A stretch of DNA of 64,000 nt from NCBI GenBank assembly GCA_002269645.1, contig NIVC01000385.1, positions 575,493 through 639,492 of the forward strand, in the 5' to 3' direction. This DNA comes from Macrostomum lignano. Its lineage: Eukaryota. Below are positions 12,126 through 24,612 of the stretch, one piece after another. The position numbers and the translations under genes were made by a program. Numbering within the stretch: the first letter of the stretch is position 1; each line of letters begins with the position of its first letter. The notes under the pieces were generated by a model that saw only the letters and a program-made list of their open reading frames with translations, was not told the origin of the DNA and made no database searches.

Positions 12126-12426
12126 TCACGTGATTCTCGACTCTGGCCAGCTGCGCTTCTACAAAGACCAGCGCATCGCTCGAGACAGACCCGAGGACAC
12201 ATTCCATCGCGAGGCGCCGCTAGACCTGAGTGGCGCCAGCTGCGCCCCAGCCGCAGACTACACTAAGCGACTGTTTGTGTTCAGACTGAAACTAGCGAAC
12301 GGATGCGAGTACCTGTTCCAACCGAGAATGGAGTCGGAACGCAACGATTGGGTGCGCAAGATTAACGCTGCTAGCGGTAGAGGATCTCAGGCAGCCGCTG
12401 GGACAGGAAGACTCTTCCATAAGTAG
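12126..12426 (+). CDS. beta-Spec: beta-spectrin terminal coding exon (PH domain, stop TAG)
   Basis: CACAG|T acceptor (phase 2). Encodes LRFYKDQ...DYTKRLFVFRLKLANGCEYLFQ...WVRKI, typical of the spectrin PH domain. Confidence 0.9.
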
Positions 12427-12539
12427 CGGATTTTTACGAGTAAATAATTAACTGACAACAGCTGTTTGGCTTTTCTATCGCTTTTACATATTTTGTTTTA
12501 GTTAACTGTAAAAGTGCAATTTTTTAAATATGGGGTTCG

Positions 12540-12920
12540 ACCCAGCTGAGGTATCTATGCCAGTGGGGTGTCCACCCAGTTGAATTATCTATGCCAGTGG
12601 GGTGTCCACCCAGTTGAATTATCTATGCCAGTGGGGTGTCCACCCAGTTGAATTATCTATGCCAGTGGGGTGTCCACCCAGTTGAATTATCTATGCCAGT
12701 GGGGTGTCCACCCAGTTGAATTATCTATGCCAGTGGGGTGTCCACCCAGTTGAATTATCTATGCCAGTGGGGTGTCCACCCAGTTGAGTTATCTATGCCA
12801 GTGGGGTGTCCACCCAGTTGAATTATCTATGCCAGTGGGGTGTCTACCCAGTTGAATTATCTATGCCAGTGGGGTGTCTACCCAGTTGAATTAACTATGC
12901 CAGTGGGGTGTCCACCCAGC
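12540..12920 (+). repeat. 34-bp minisatellite (CCAGTTGAATTATCTATGCCAGTGGGGTGTCCAC), about 11 copies, just 3' of the spectrin stop
   Basis: Period 34 (12601 to 12635). Confidence 0.95.
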
Positions 12921-15239
12921 TATGCCATCCCCACCTACTATGCATACCTCTGTCTTCGTCCACTTAAAATCCTATATGCTGTTGTTTTAAATAGCATTGA
13001 TATTTTGTTTCATTTTCGAATGGCGCAACGCAGCTCAATTGAAAGTTAGTTTTTTCTTTGCTTTAGTTCATATATACAGCGGTTTTTACACTTACTATTA
13101 ATACTGTAATCATAAAGCATGAAAATACTACATTCCAATTTAATTTTACCGAGCCTTTGATCTCTTTAATTTTTAAATTAAAAATTAAACAACAAAAATT
13201 TCGCACTTTACGCGAGAAGATTTATTATTTTATTCTCGCGTCCAAAAAATTGTTGATTTCGCACTATTTTCTACTCACACTACTAACTCAAGTAACTGAG
13301 TAGTAATATTTCGTTTCGTACCCCATTGATTTCGATTTTTACAAATTGCAATTTTCTAAACACACCCTCAAAATTGCCGTTAAATCGTCCTTTTTTGTCC
13401 TATTTTAGTCGCCTTATACTAGTCTTTATGCTATACTAGGTATGCTATATTTGCTACCAAAATGCTTCTTACTTAAAAACATTCCTGCGTTATTATAGTT
13501 CGATTTCATTCAAAGAACTATTGAGAATTATACGAGTTGTCCTGAATTTTTATTAGTTTTGCGTTTTTTTATTTCCATTGATTAATTCGAGCAATTTTTG
13601 CGTATCGCCGGACTTGATTTTTACAGCATCGATTTTGTCATGAGCAATTTTGTTTTTGTTGGAAGTCACACCGTGCTGCACACTTAACAGCTCTAATTGG
13701 CTATAAGCTTTCTTTGCGATTTGCCCCTACTGCAAAGACACATTAAAGTATTTTATTTTGTTTGTTTCAATAATTTAGCCTAAATTAGACTGTCATCCTA
13801 CTATTATACATATGCAGATTTAGTATTAGCAAATAAAAGCGCAACTTCTTATACTCAAAAATAATTTTCAATGCGCTCAATTTATTTCCATTTGTTGAGC
13901 AAAATTCTAAACTATGTATACAGTTTTATAGTCTAGTTATTTCACTCATTTTAATCTAATTAATAAATATCATTCATTCAGTTTGATCCAGACTCAAAAT
14001 CATTCAGCTGAAATACATTTAGCTATAAAATAAATATAGTTTTTTTGACTTCTAAAATTTGATCCAAAGCATTTTCGCTTGCTTCTATCATTTTGTTAGT
14101 GACATGAGAATAACTAATTCTCTGTTTAGTAAAAACATACAAAACCTTTTAAAGTTCCAGTTGAAATACATTTATCAATGTATATATATTACACAACGTC
14201 AACGATGCGTTCGAACACATGTACATACGTTTGCACCCGTATATACACGTTAGGCGGTATAGAACACGGCAAAAACCGCCTATAAGGCAGTCCGTATCAT
14301 GCTATATGATACAGTAGCATGCTATAGACCGCCTTTTTTATGCGCACAAGGGCCAAATATGGCACAAATTTGAACAGACGTTTCTGCTTATTTTTTAGTT
14401 CACTAATGCAAAGTAGGCCTAGCGATTTTACTAACCTACTACGCTACTATTCTCTAGTACAGTATTTTAGTGTCACTAGAATGCTAGATAAATATTAGGT
14501 CAGGATGACTTAGTTACAAGTGTAAGTGTTAACATTTAACATTATTTTATGTAGGCCTACTAAGTACTAGCTGTTTATTATTTCCACAATATTAATAGGC
14601 CCAGCGAATTAATATTAGAACAGGAGAACAATACGACTCGACTTAAAGTTCAATAAGTGAACTTGGATGGCGCTCAGTTTCAGTTTGTAGCTAGGCCTAT
14701 GCACAATTTTGTAACTGAATGCAATAACTGTGTGACTAAGCTAGGCCTAGGGCTATATATTCAATATTCTTTTTTCTGAACCCTGAATCCTGAGTTTAGG
14801 AGAGAAACTATTTAGTAAAGCTAGCTATATTGATAGATATATTGAACAACCATAATTTAGGGTTCTAATATACTATACTAATAGCCTATTTTATATATTC
14901 CATAAATGGATATATTTTTTATTTTTTATTTTTTATTTTATTGATAAATTGGGTTCTATTCTACTATTTTATGTTATAGGTTAAGCCTGAAATTAGTATT
15001 TAGTATTTAGAGGTTCTATATTTTTTTAACCTTCCCTTTCCCCATAACCTGCTAGCCTTCCCTACATGGTTACACCCTACTGCCCTTTACCATACCTTAC
15101 CCTGATGGCCTTCCTACAACACTTGCTACCTTTTCTTATCAATACAAGCCTTTCCCATACCTTGCTGCCCTTCATTGTCTTTTATGGGCCTTTTCCATAC
15201 CCTGCTGTCTTTCACAAACCTTGCTGCTCTTCAATGTAT

Positions 15240-18200
15240 CCTGCTTGGCCTTCATTGTATATTGTTGGCCTTCCCACATGGCTACACCTTGCTGGCTTTT
15301 CCTATATCCTGCTAGCCTTCCCCACACCCTGCTGTCTTTCCCCATACCCTGCTGTCTTTCCCCTACCCTGCTGTCCTTCCCCACACCCTTGCCAGCCTTC
15401 TTTACTCCTTGCTAGATTTCCCCACACCCTGCCAGCTTCCCCACATCCTGCTGGCCTTCCCTACTCCTTGCTACCCTTCCCCACACCCTGCTGTCCTTCC
15501 CCACACCCTGCTGGCTTTCCTTACTCCCTGCTACCCTTCCCCACACCCTGCTGTCCTTCCCCACATCCTGCAGGCCTTCCTCACTCCCTGCTGGCATTCC
15601 CCACACCCTGCCGGCCTTCCCCACATCCTGCTGGCCTTCCCTACTCCTTGCTACTCTTCCCCACACCCTGCCGGCCTTCCCCACATCCTGCTGGCCTTCC
15701 CTACTCCCTGCTACCCTTCCCCACACCCTGCTGTCCTTCCCCACACCCTGCTTGTCTTCACTACCAATGCAGGCTTTCCCTACACCCTGCTGTCCTTCCC
15801 CATACCCTGCTGTCTTTCCCCTACCCTGCTGTCCTTCCCCACACCCTGCCAGCCTTCCTTACTCCTTGCTGGCTTTCCCCACACCCTGCTGGCTTCCTCA
15901 CATCCTGCTAGACTTCCCCACACTCTGCCAGCTTCCCCACATCCTGCTGGCCTTCCCTACTCCTTGCTACCCTTCCCCACACCCTGCCGGCCTTCCCCAC
16001 ACCCTGCTGGCTTTCCTTACTCCCTGCTACCCTTCCCCACACCCTGCTGTCCTTCCCCACATCCTGCTGGCCTTCCCTACTCCCTGCTACCCTTCCCCAC
16101 ACCCTGCTGTCCTTCCCCATCAATGCAGGCCTTCCCCACACCCTGCCTGCCTTCCCTACTGCTGGCCTTCCCTATTTCCTGCTACCCTTCCCCACACCCT
16201 GCCGGCCTTCCCCACACCCTGCCGGCTTCCCCACTTCCTGCTGGCCTTCCCTACTCCCTGCTACCCTTCCCCACTTCCTGCTGGACTTCCCTACTCCCTG
16301 CTACCCTTCCCCACACCCTGCCAGCCTTCTCTACTGCTGGCCTTCCATATTTCCTGCTACCCTTCCCCACACCCTGCTGTCCTTCCCCACACCCTGCCGG
16401 CCTTCCCCACACCCTGCCGGCTTATCCACTTCCTGCTGGCCTTCCCTACTCCCTGCTACCCTTCCCCACACCCTGCCGGCTTCCCCACTTCCTGCTGGAC
16501 TTCCCTACTCCCTGCTACCCTTCCCACACCCTGCTGTCCTTCCCCACACCCTGCCGGCCTTTCCCACATCCTGCTGGCCTTCCCTACTCCTTGCTACCCT
16601 TCCCCACACCCTGCCGGCCTTCCCCACACCCTGCCGGCTTCCCCACTTCCTGCTGGCCTTTCCTACTCCTTGCTACCCTTCCCCACACCCTGCTGTCCTT
16701 CCCCACACCCTGCTTGTCTTCACTACCAATGCAGGCTTTCCCTACACCCTGCTGTCCTTCCCCATACCCTGCTGTCTTTCCCCTACCCTGCTGTCTTTCC
16801 CCACACCCTGCCAGCCTTCCTTACTCCTTGCTGGCTTTCCCCACACCCTGCTGGCTTCCTCACATCCTGCTAGACTTCCCCACACCCTGCCAGCTTCCCC
16901 ACATCCTGCTGGCCTTCCCTACTCCTTGCTACCCTTCCCCACACCCTGCCGGCCTTCCCACAACCTGCTGGCTTTCCTTACTCCCTGCTACCCTTCCCCA
17001 CACCCTGCTGTCCTTCCCCACATCCTGCTGGCCTTCCCTACTCCCTGCTACCCTTCCCCACACCCTGCTGTCCTTCCCATCAATGCAGGCCTTCCTCACT
17101 CCCTGCTGGCATTCCCCACACCCTGCTGTCCTTCCCCACACCCTGCCTGCCTTCCCTACTGCTGGCCTTCCCTATTTCCTGCTACCCTTCCCCACACCCT
17201 GCCGGCCTTCCCCACACCCTGCCGGCTTCCCCACTTCCTGCTGGCCTTCCCTACTCCCTGCTACCCTTCCCCACTTCCTGCTGGACTTCCCTACTCCCTG
17301 CTACCCTTCCCCACACCCTGCCAGCCTTCTCTACTGCTGGCCTTCCCTATTTCCTGCTACCCTTCCCCACACCCTGCTGTCCTTCCCCACACCCTGCCGG
17401 CCTTCCCCACACCCTGCCGGCTTATCCACTTCCTGCTGGCCTTCCCTACTCCCTGCTACCCTTCCCCACACCCTGCCGGCTTCCCCACTTCCTGCTGGAC
17501 TTCCCTACTCCCTGCTACCCTTCCCCACACCCTGCTGTCCTTCCCCACACCCTGCCGGCCTTTCCCACATCCTGCTGGCCTTCCCTACTCCTTGCTACCC
17601 TTCCCCACACCCTGCCGGCCTTCCCCACACCCTGCCGGCTTCCCCACTTCCTGCTGGCCTTTCCTACTCCTTGCTACCCTTCCCCACACCCTGCTGTCCT
17701 TCCCCACACCCTGCTTGTCTTCACTACCAATGCAGGCTTTCCCTACACCCTGCTGTCCTTCCCCATACCCTGCTGTCTTTCCCCTACCCTGCTGTCCTTC
17801 CCCACACCCTGCCAGCCTTCCTTACTCCTTGCTGGCTTTCCCCACACCCTGCTGGCTTCCTCACATCCTGCTAGACTTCCCCACACCCTGCCAGCTTCCC
17901 CACATCCTGCTGGCCTTCCCTACTCCTTGCTACCCTTCCCCACACCCTGCCGGCCTTCCCCACACCCTGCTGGCTTTCCTTACTCCCTGCTACCCTTCCC
18001 CACACCCTGCTTGTCTTACACTACCAATGCAGGCTTTCCCTACACCCTGCTGTCCTTCCCCATCGATGCAGGCCTTCCTCACTCCCGCTGGCATTCCCCA
18101 CACCCTGCCGGCTTCCCCACTTCCTGCTGGCCTTCCCTACTCCCTGCTACCCTTCCCCACACCCTGCTGTCCTTCCCCACACCCTGCTGTCCTTCCCCAC

Positions 18201-18485
18201 ACCCTGCTGTCCTTCCCCACACCCTGCTTGTCTTCACTACCAATGCAGGCTTTCCCTACACCCTGCTGTCCTTCCCCATACCCTGCTGTCTTTCCCCTAC
18301 CCTGCTGTCCTTCCCCACACCCTGCCAGCCTTCCTTACTCCCTGCTCCCCTTCCCCACACCCTGCTGTCCTTCCCCACACCCTGCCGGCTTCTCCACATC
18401 CTGCCGGCCTTCCCTATTTCCTGCTACCCTTCCCCACACCCTGCCGGCTTTCCCCATACCCTGCTGTCATTTCCCACACCCTGCC
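15240..18485 (+). repeat. C-rich ~19-20-bp minisatellite (CCTTCCCCACACCCTGCTG / CCTTCCCTACTCCCTGCTA) with ~1-kb higher-order duplications, left arm
   Basis: Identical translated blocks end at 15911, 16873 and 17874. Confidence 0.93.
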
Positions 18486-18608
18486 ACTCTACCTCTCACA
18501 GGCTACCCCTCCCAGACAGCCCTCCTAGACAGCCCCTCCAGGCTAACCCGACTCTACCCCTCCCAGGCAGCCCTTCCGGGCTTCATCTCCCACTCAACCT
18601 CTTCCAGA

Positions 18609-18750
18609 AGCGGAGGACGATCGCAGGACTGTTTGCTGCCTGCCGCTTCGGCTGCAGTGACCGCCGGCTCAAGCGGAGGACGATCGCAGGACTGTCTGCT
18701 GCCTGCCGCTTCGGCTGCAGTGACCGCCGGCTCAAGCGGAGGACGATCGC
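18609..18750 (+). repeat. 63-bp GC-rich tandem repeat at the inner end of the left arm (mirrored at 25230-25445)
   Basis: AGCGGAGGACGATCGCAGGACTG...CCGGCTCA occurs more than twice. Confidence 0.85.
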
Positions 18751-20122
18751 TGCTCCGCGTGCTATCATCTAAGTACTAGTGTTGTGAGTGCTAAGGGCGA
18801 TCGAAGGACTAATGAAGAAGCATATTATCCGATTTCTTTTAGAGGAGATCTATGCCAGTTATTTATCTTCTCGTTTAATTAGCAGTGAGGAAAAAAAGAC
18901 GACTATTATATGCTGCCGCTTATACACTTTACAATATCATCAGCAGAATACGTAAATTGAGGTCGTTTGAAACAAGAGTACGTAGATGGTAAGATGGCAT
19001 GTATTTAGCTTCTTCCTAGTGAAATCAGTGAATTGTGTTGGTCGCTTACAGAACCTATTCAGCTTCTCCGCTCATAGTCACTCCAGCATCAAGTGCTAAC
19101 AATGCAGATTAGCTATGAACTGTATTGGAATGCTTTGCATCATGCATTTGCATTTTAAATACAAGGACTTTTTCTCTCGTTCATTGGCAGGTATCAAGAT
19201 GAGACAAAGCAATGTGCATTATGCTGCTGCCTATTCATAGGACGCAGAGTGCACGCAGGATCCTCTGAGGTGAAAGAAGACGACGGTGACGACTACGACA
19301 TGTATGACTATTCAGCCACATTGGACAGAAATTAGCTGTTAGCCGACGTAGCCGTATAAATGTTTGGTCACACTTCTCTGTGCCCGTGGCGTATGCAACA
19401 TTTAATCCGTGACTTCTTTGCACTATTGCACTACCATCAAACGCTGACGCTCTTTTTCTCGCTCTGTAATGCTGTAACCAGTTTTTTGTCCCCCCCTTGT
19501 CGAGTTTGAGAGAACTATGCAGCGCATTTTTTCGACAAGAGTTTTTCATTGTCTTTTGTCAATGTGCAGTTTTACGAGTACATGTATATACTTAACTGAG
19601 TATTGTAAACATGTGCCTCTAAAATAAAACAGACTTCACTGCTTTTAACTATGCTTTTTACGATAATTCGCTCTGTCATGTCCTGAAACATTCCTGTTTT
19701 ATCGAATTCTCTTTTGATGATGACACAAATATGGTCACAAAGAATAGTGGGAGGTAGAGCCATATGGCGAGAGGTATAAAGTGATTTTACATGATTTTAC
19801 ATGATTTTACGAGAGGTATGATTTTACATTACAGTAGTCTCAATAGTTTATCTGCCCCTATTGGCCTCCCTTTCTCCTTCTCGCCCTCTGTCTCTGCAGC
19901 ACCTGTTGGTTAAAAATGAGAGGAAAGCTCGGCAAGAAAAGCCTCTGTGGAAAAGTCTCGTGCTCTCATAGCCTGACATCCTGCCACTTTTTAAATAGCC
20001 ATGACTTTCCTGGTACATGGACATTTACATACGTAAGTTGTTTCCATCGGATTGAGACATGATTTATAACTAGTATAGGTATATTAGTAATAGTAAATTC
20101 AGTCAGTCTTATCATATACGAG

Positions 20123-20220
20123 CAGTGGCGGATCTAGAATTTCATTTTGGGAGGGGGCGGTCCAAGTTTGGGAGGCCAACATGAGTAATGAGGGGCACCT
20201 ATTATGAGGGGGTGCAAAAA
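20123..20220 (+). mobile_element. orphan hAT-like terminal fragment
   Basis: CAGTGGCGGATCTAG followed by G-runs, the same terminal style as the complete MITE at 63021. No partner end was found. Confidence 0.45.
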
Positions 20221-20387
20221 TGCTGTACTGCTGAAAATAACGAACGGGAAACACGGATTGCATGTTATTAATTTAAATACGTACGAGTATTTGATTTGAG
20301 AAGCACAATATATCGGGAAAAGTTTTGCCTTCTCTGTGACGTGCTTGGCAAGTGCACATGCACTATAGCTACATGGGGAAGGGGGGG

Positions 20388-20651
20388 TTCATAAGACCGA
20401 AATTTCACAACGCCGAAACCATACTTCACAAGACCGATACTTCATAAGACCGAAGTTTCACAACCCCAAAGCTTAAAATACTGGGCCCTTCACAAGACTT
20501 GCGAACTTGCTGCCTTTTTTGCTGCCTCGTCGTTACCACGAAATACTTTTATTTGTAGTAACGAAGTTTGAACTTATGAAGTTTCGGTCTTGTGAAGTAT
20601 GGTGTTTCGGCGTTGTGAAATTTCGGTCTTATGAAGTTTCGGTCTTGTGAA
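20388..20651. repeat. ~265-bp palindromic MITE-like element built from TTCA(T/C)AAGACCGAAA subrepeats
   Basis: 20388-20465 is the reverse complement of 20570-20651. Confidence 0.75.
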
Positions 20652-20710
20652 GGATCGTGCAGCAGTTTTTGGCGTTTTCGTCGTTCGGCGGAGTTTTAAC
20701 AAAAGCTCTC

Positions 20711-20770
20711 AGCCAATCGGAAAATTCAGCGTGCGTTATAACAAATCGGCCGCGTGAGAGCTATAAAAGG
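20711..20770 (+). promoter_or_regulatory. candidate Pol II core promoter (CCAAT plus TATA)
   Basis: AGCCAATC at 20711-20718 and CTATAAAAGG at 20761-20770, with canonical spacing. The transcript is unknown. Confidence 0.35.
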
Positions 20771-22586
20771 CGGCAACTCTAACTGCGCTCGAAATATCTC
20801 CCGGTTTTTGTCCTTGCCAAGGCCTGGGGCGCTCAACTTGGCCTGATACTGCCTTCTGGCTCTTCCCCCTACGGTCCTGCCGATCTGATCCTCCTTCCCC
20901 CGGCAGTTTCGTCTTCAAAAGCTAAGTTCCCACTGAGAAGCATCATCAATATCTCCCGGCAGTGATCTAAGAGCAGCAACGACAACCGGCAAGTTTAGGA
21001 TTGCGGATTAAGTGAGAAAGTTAAATCTGGAAGTTAAAGACTTAGCGTTTTCTTTCTTTTTCGCAATGCCAGCTGAGATGAGCAGCTAAATCTAGAGGCA
21101 GAGGTCACAGTGGACCGGAAGCGGCACAGTTCCCAGTCAATCAGTCGATCTAAGAAATCATTATGTTAAGCATGCAAATTAAGTGCCAGACTGGCGCTTT
21201 CGCGCTGTCTCAGGCAGCTAAGCGGCTAAAACGAGATAAATATTAGTCTGAAGGTCTCCAAAAGTGACAATACATCTACATCATCGCTATCTGTCGACGT
21301 GTTAACACATTTAGTTCCAAAAGCGTGCAGTTACGTGTACTTATACATGTACTTCTGGGAATTTGGTAATGAAATAGTACATTTGGTAGTGTATAGAGGC
21401 TCGCCAGTGCAAGAACCCCCTGCAAAAGTCCTCTCTGTCCCTGCATGGCCAATGCGATCTTAGTCCCAGCAGCGTCCGTTCTATTCGGCTATGACTTCGA
21501 GATTTAGACAGCTAAAAGACTAGATGGCAAATAAGTGCAGTGCCCCTCTAGTCGGAAGTCCGATTTCGATAGCTCCGGTTTGGTGAGCCGGGGGGCACGG
21601 ACTGGTGGCAGCGGGTTAGTTAATCTGCGGATTAGCTAATCTCTACCTTTCAAATTCTCCCTGCTTGTCTCTCGCTGTCTTCTCCTAGCTATAGGACCTT
21701 GCTGCTCGCCCACAATCTTGCTACCATGGGGCTGACCATCTGACAGGAGTGAGAGGCCAGAGTTCTAAGTGATTCATTTCTGAATTCTGAGGCCCGAAGC
21801 TATATAGGCTTAGAAAGGCCGAACCCATCAAATTGAAGAGAATGTCAGTTTTGATGAGCTACAGGTAATTTATTCTTTGCTCGAATTTCTACCGAGGAAA
21901 AAGCCTCTATTTACTACATAAGTGGCTACGTTTACACACAAGCCTTCCTTAGGCTCAACCTCAGGGATCTTAAGAGCATTTACATGTACATGGGCCCTCT
22001 CCGGGCATGCATGGCTGCTTCTCTCGCCACCGCTTCCTTCAGGGCCAGGTACTTGAGGAGCCGTGCGCGGTGCCCCAAGCTCTTCTGCCGCTCAACAGGC
22101 AGTAAAAATGCAGAACAATTTATCTGCCACTACCCGGTCTTCACCACTCACTCACCCCGGCCCAACTCTCCGACGCTTGCAGGCCCGAGAGCATATCGAT
22201 GCTCACCCGGTACCGCGCTGCAAGCGAGACCGACGCCCCCGGAGGGACATCACTTCGATGGAAGTCATTCATGGTCGCCAGAGGCTAGCGGAATTGGGCG
22301 GTCTTCTTCGCCTCCTGATTGCTGCATCCGCCGGATGATCTCCTCTGCAGCTAGGTCAAACATACTCGTGTGCATACTGGCACTAATCCATGATTGAACA
22401 TACATGTAGGTGAAATACTTGCGTGAGTTGCGTCAGTGTCAATACGCTCTTGCTCCAAAATACTTGAGCTCTTGTGCTAATCTCCATTCTAGCCGTGCTT
22501 GCTTTTGCTAGTGCGAGCTTGTTCATGCAACCCAATTTTGGTGCTATTTTTAAAACCTCTACGCGACGGGTGGGGTTTAGAATCAC

Positions 22587-24612
22587 CCCTGTTGCTGACG
22601 GCTGTCCCGAAATCGGGACATAGACTATTGAACAGTCGCTAAAGTTGCTGCTGCAGCACCCCCTTTCCCGCCGGTTTCTCTCTGTCGCGACTGTCTTAGT
22701 CATTTCTTAATTTCATCTGCACTTGTCTCTGTTTACTGTTTTTTCCCTTCTTTGTCCAGTTCAGTCTTGTTATTTTTATCTGTTTCCCTCGCTGCCTTCT
22801 GATTGGCTCTTCAACCTCGCCTCTTTTAGTCGCGAGTTCCATCCCCTTTTTTATTATCTTCACTCCCCCCCCCCTAGTTTAATGTCTTTTAAATATATTC
22901 GTTTAGGGCCCTGTCCAATTACAATTAAATAGCCTCTCTTATTTTTCCTGCACTTTCACTCTAACTATATATTTACTGTCTCACTGGCTGCTGCGCTTAC
23001 TCGCGTTGTTATTGCCATGGAATCTGAAAACGAATACGCAGCCATTTTCACTGATGACGACTCGCTGGAGTCGCTAAATAGAATCGAGGACGAGTTGATG
23101 GAGGAAGAAGGCGAAGAAGCAGAAGAAGAAGAAGAAGGCATGCAGACAGAGGAAGTTGGTGATGTACCAGAGTGGCACTTTGTTCAGACTGGAATGGATG
23201 CTGTGCCGAATGAAGCCGAGTTTCTGGGAACATTAGGGGTTCACCCAGATTGGAGGCCTCAAGCTTCAGCTGATGGAAACGAAGGAGTTTCTGAGTTTGT
23301 ACCTCACTGATGGAATTATTGCAAGCGTGAAAACCTGGACGAATCGTAGGGCGTGGAAGATATTCGAGGAGTGCGCTGACGAAGAGCAGTTGCCGAAGCT
23401 GGTAAAGAACTGGAGAGATTGTACAGATGATGAGGTGAGGAAGCTGTTCTGTTGATGGGCCTGGACAAAAAGCCGGAGATCAGCAGCTACTGGAGCCAGG
23501 ACCCTGTTTTCCATTGCTCCTTTCTGTCCATGCCCAATGCCCTCTCGAGAGATAGGTTGAAGCAGCTGCTTTCCTGCCTTCGTTTCTACGACTGCACGGA
23601 TGTTCAGGAAGGGCCCTTGGCCAAGATCCAGCGGACAGGAAGAGCAGCGGAACAAAGACCGTGTATCTCCTGGACACTGCTGGCCAGGCTGCCTGTGTGA
23701 ACGTGCCACGAGTCCGTCGGGGAGGCGAGCAGCAGGTGATCGCGAAGCCAGTGACAGTGGTCACCTACTCGAAGAGTATGGGCAGCGTGGACTGTATGGA
23801 TTCGGCAGCGAACCCCTACCTGGCCAGCCGGAAAACGCTGCGCTGGTTTCAGAAACTTGCGTTTTACCTGCTGCTGCTTCTGGTTCGGAACTCGTGGATT
23901 GTCTACCGCCAGCACGGAGGTACCAAGACTTTCGTGGCGTTTCTGCGCAAAGCAGTCAGCATCTTGGTGGAGGAGACTGGCAGGGGCAGGCGCCATTTCG
24001 CTGTCAGGGCAGGCTGTCCTGCAGCAGTCGGACCGGCAGGTGATGGCCCTGCAGTACAGCATTTGCCGACCAAAGCTCCATTGAACGCTGCCCATGTTCG
24101 GCCACGCAATCAATGCCGCGTGTGCAGCGAGAACCGAATCGCGAAGAAGAGTGTACATATGCCCTGATTGTCCGGGAGTACCAGCACTTTGTATAGGCCA
24201 GTGCTTCAGAAACTGGCACAGCCAACCGTACTGACTGTTACAGACCTCGTCTTCATGTTTTTTTTCTTCCACACCCCCGGTTGACTTTGCTCTCTCCATT
24301 CCTAACGCGCTCCCCTTTTAGTCCCCACCCTTGAATAAAATTTAAGTAAATATTTATGGAGTACCCTTACAAGGAGCTTTCCGTTGCTATGGTGTCAATC
24401 AAAAATTATCTGTTCTAATCCTGTTTCTGTTCTGTTAGCACTTTCACTTATTTTAAATTAAAGTAAAGCAGTGTGTCCCGTTTTTGGGACACAGCCGTCG
24501 GCAACGGCAGTGCAGCGCAGCTGCAGTTTTGACCATAGAACTTAGTTTTAAGTTTTCGGCTGAAGCAGAAGTGGCTGCTTGTCCCGTATTCGGGACATCC
24601 GTCGGCTTACCG
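22587..24612 (+). mobile_element. internally deleted piggyBac-like element
   Basis: Inverted end motifs G(C/T)TGACGG-TGTCCCG-N4-CGGGACA at ~22590-22622 pair with ~24472-24505 and ~24581-24612. The last is followed by TTAA (24613-24616). The left TTAA is not recognisable. Confidence 0.65.
23017..24234 (+). pseudogene. piggyBac (PGBD-like) transposase remnant
   Basis: Across shifted frames: SYWSQDP, RDRLKQLLSCLRF, KP...YSKSMGSVD...RKTLRWFQKLAFYLL...NSWIVY, and a C-terminal CRVC...CPDC...LCIGQCFRNWH cysteine-rich domain. About 200 aa of the catalytic core are missing between LAKIQ and KTVYLLDT. Confidence 0.85.

Noticed and set aside
15066-18779. Long Pro/Leu-rich ORFs up to 821 aa, and mirror ORFs at 25668-27050
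   Set aside because: These are translations of a stop-poor minisatellite, open in several frames, with no domain content.
19235-19763. Minus-strand ORFs with a SWIM-like LCDHI motif
   Set aside because: The upstream CxC is missing, the ORFs are short, and no family is recognisable.
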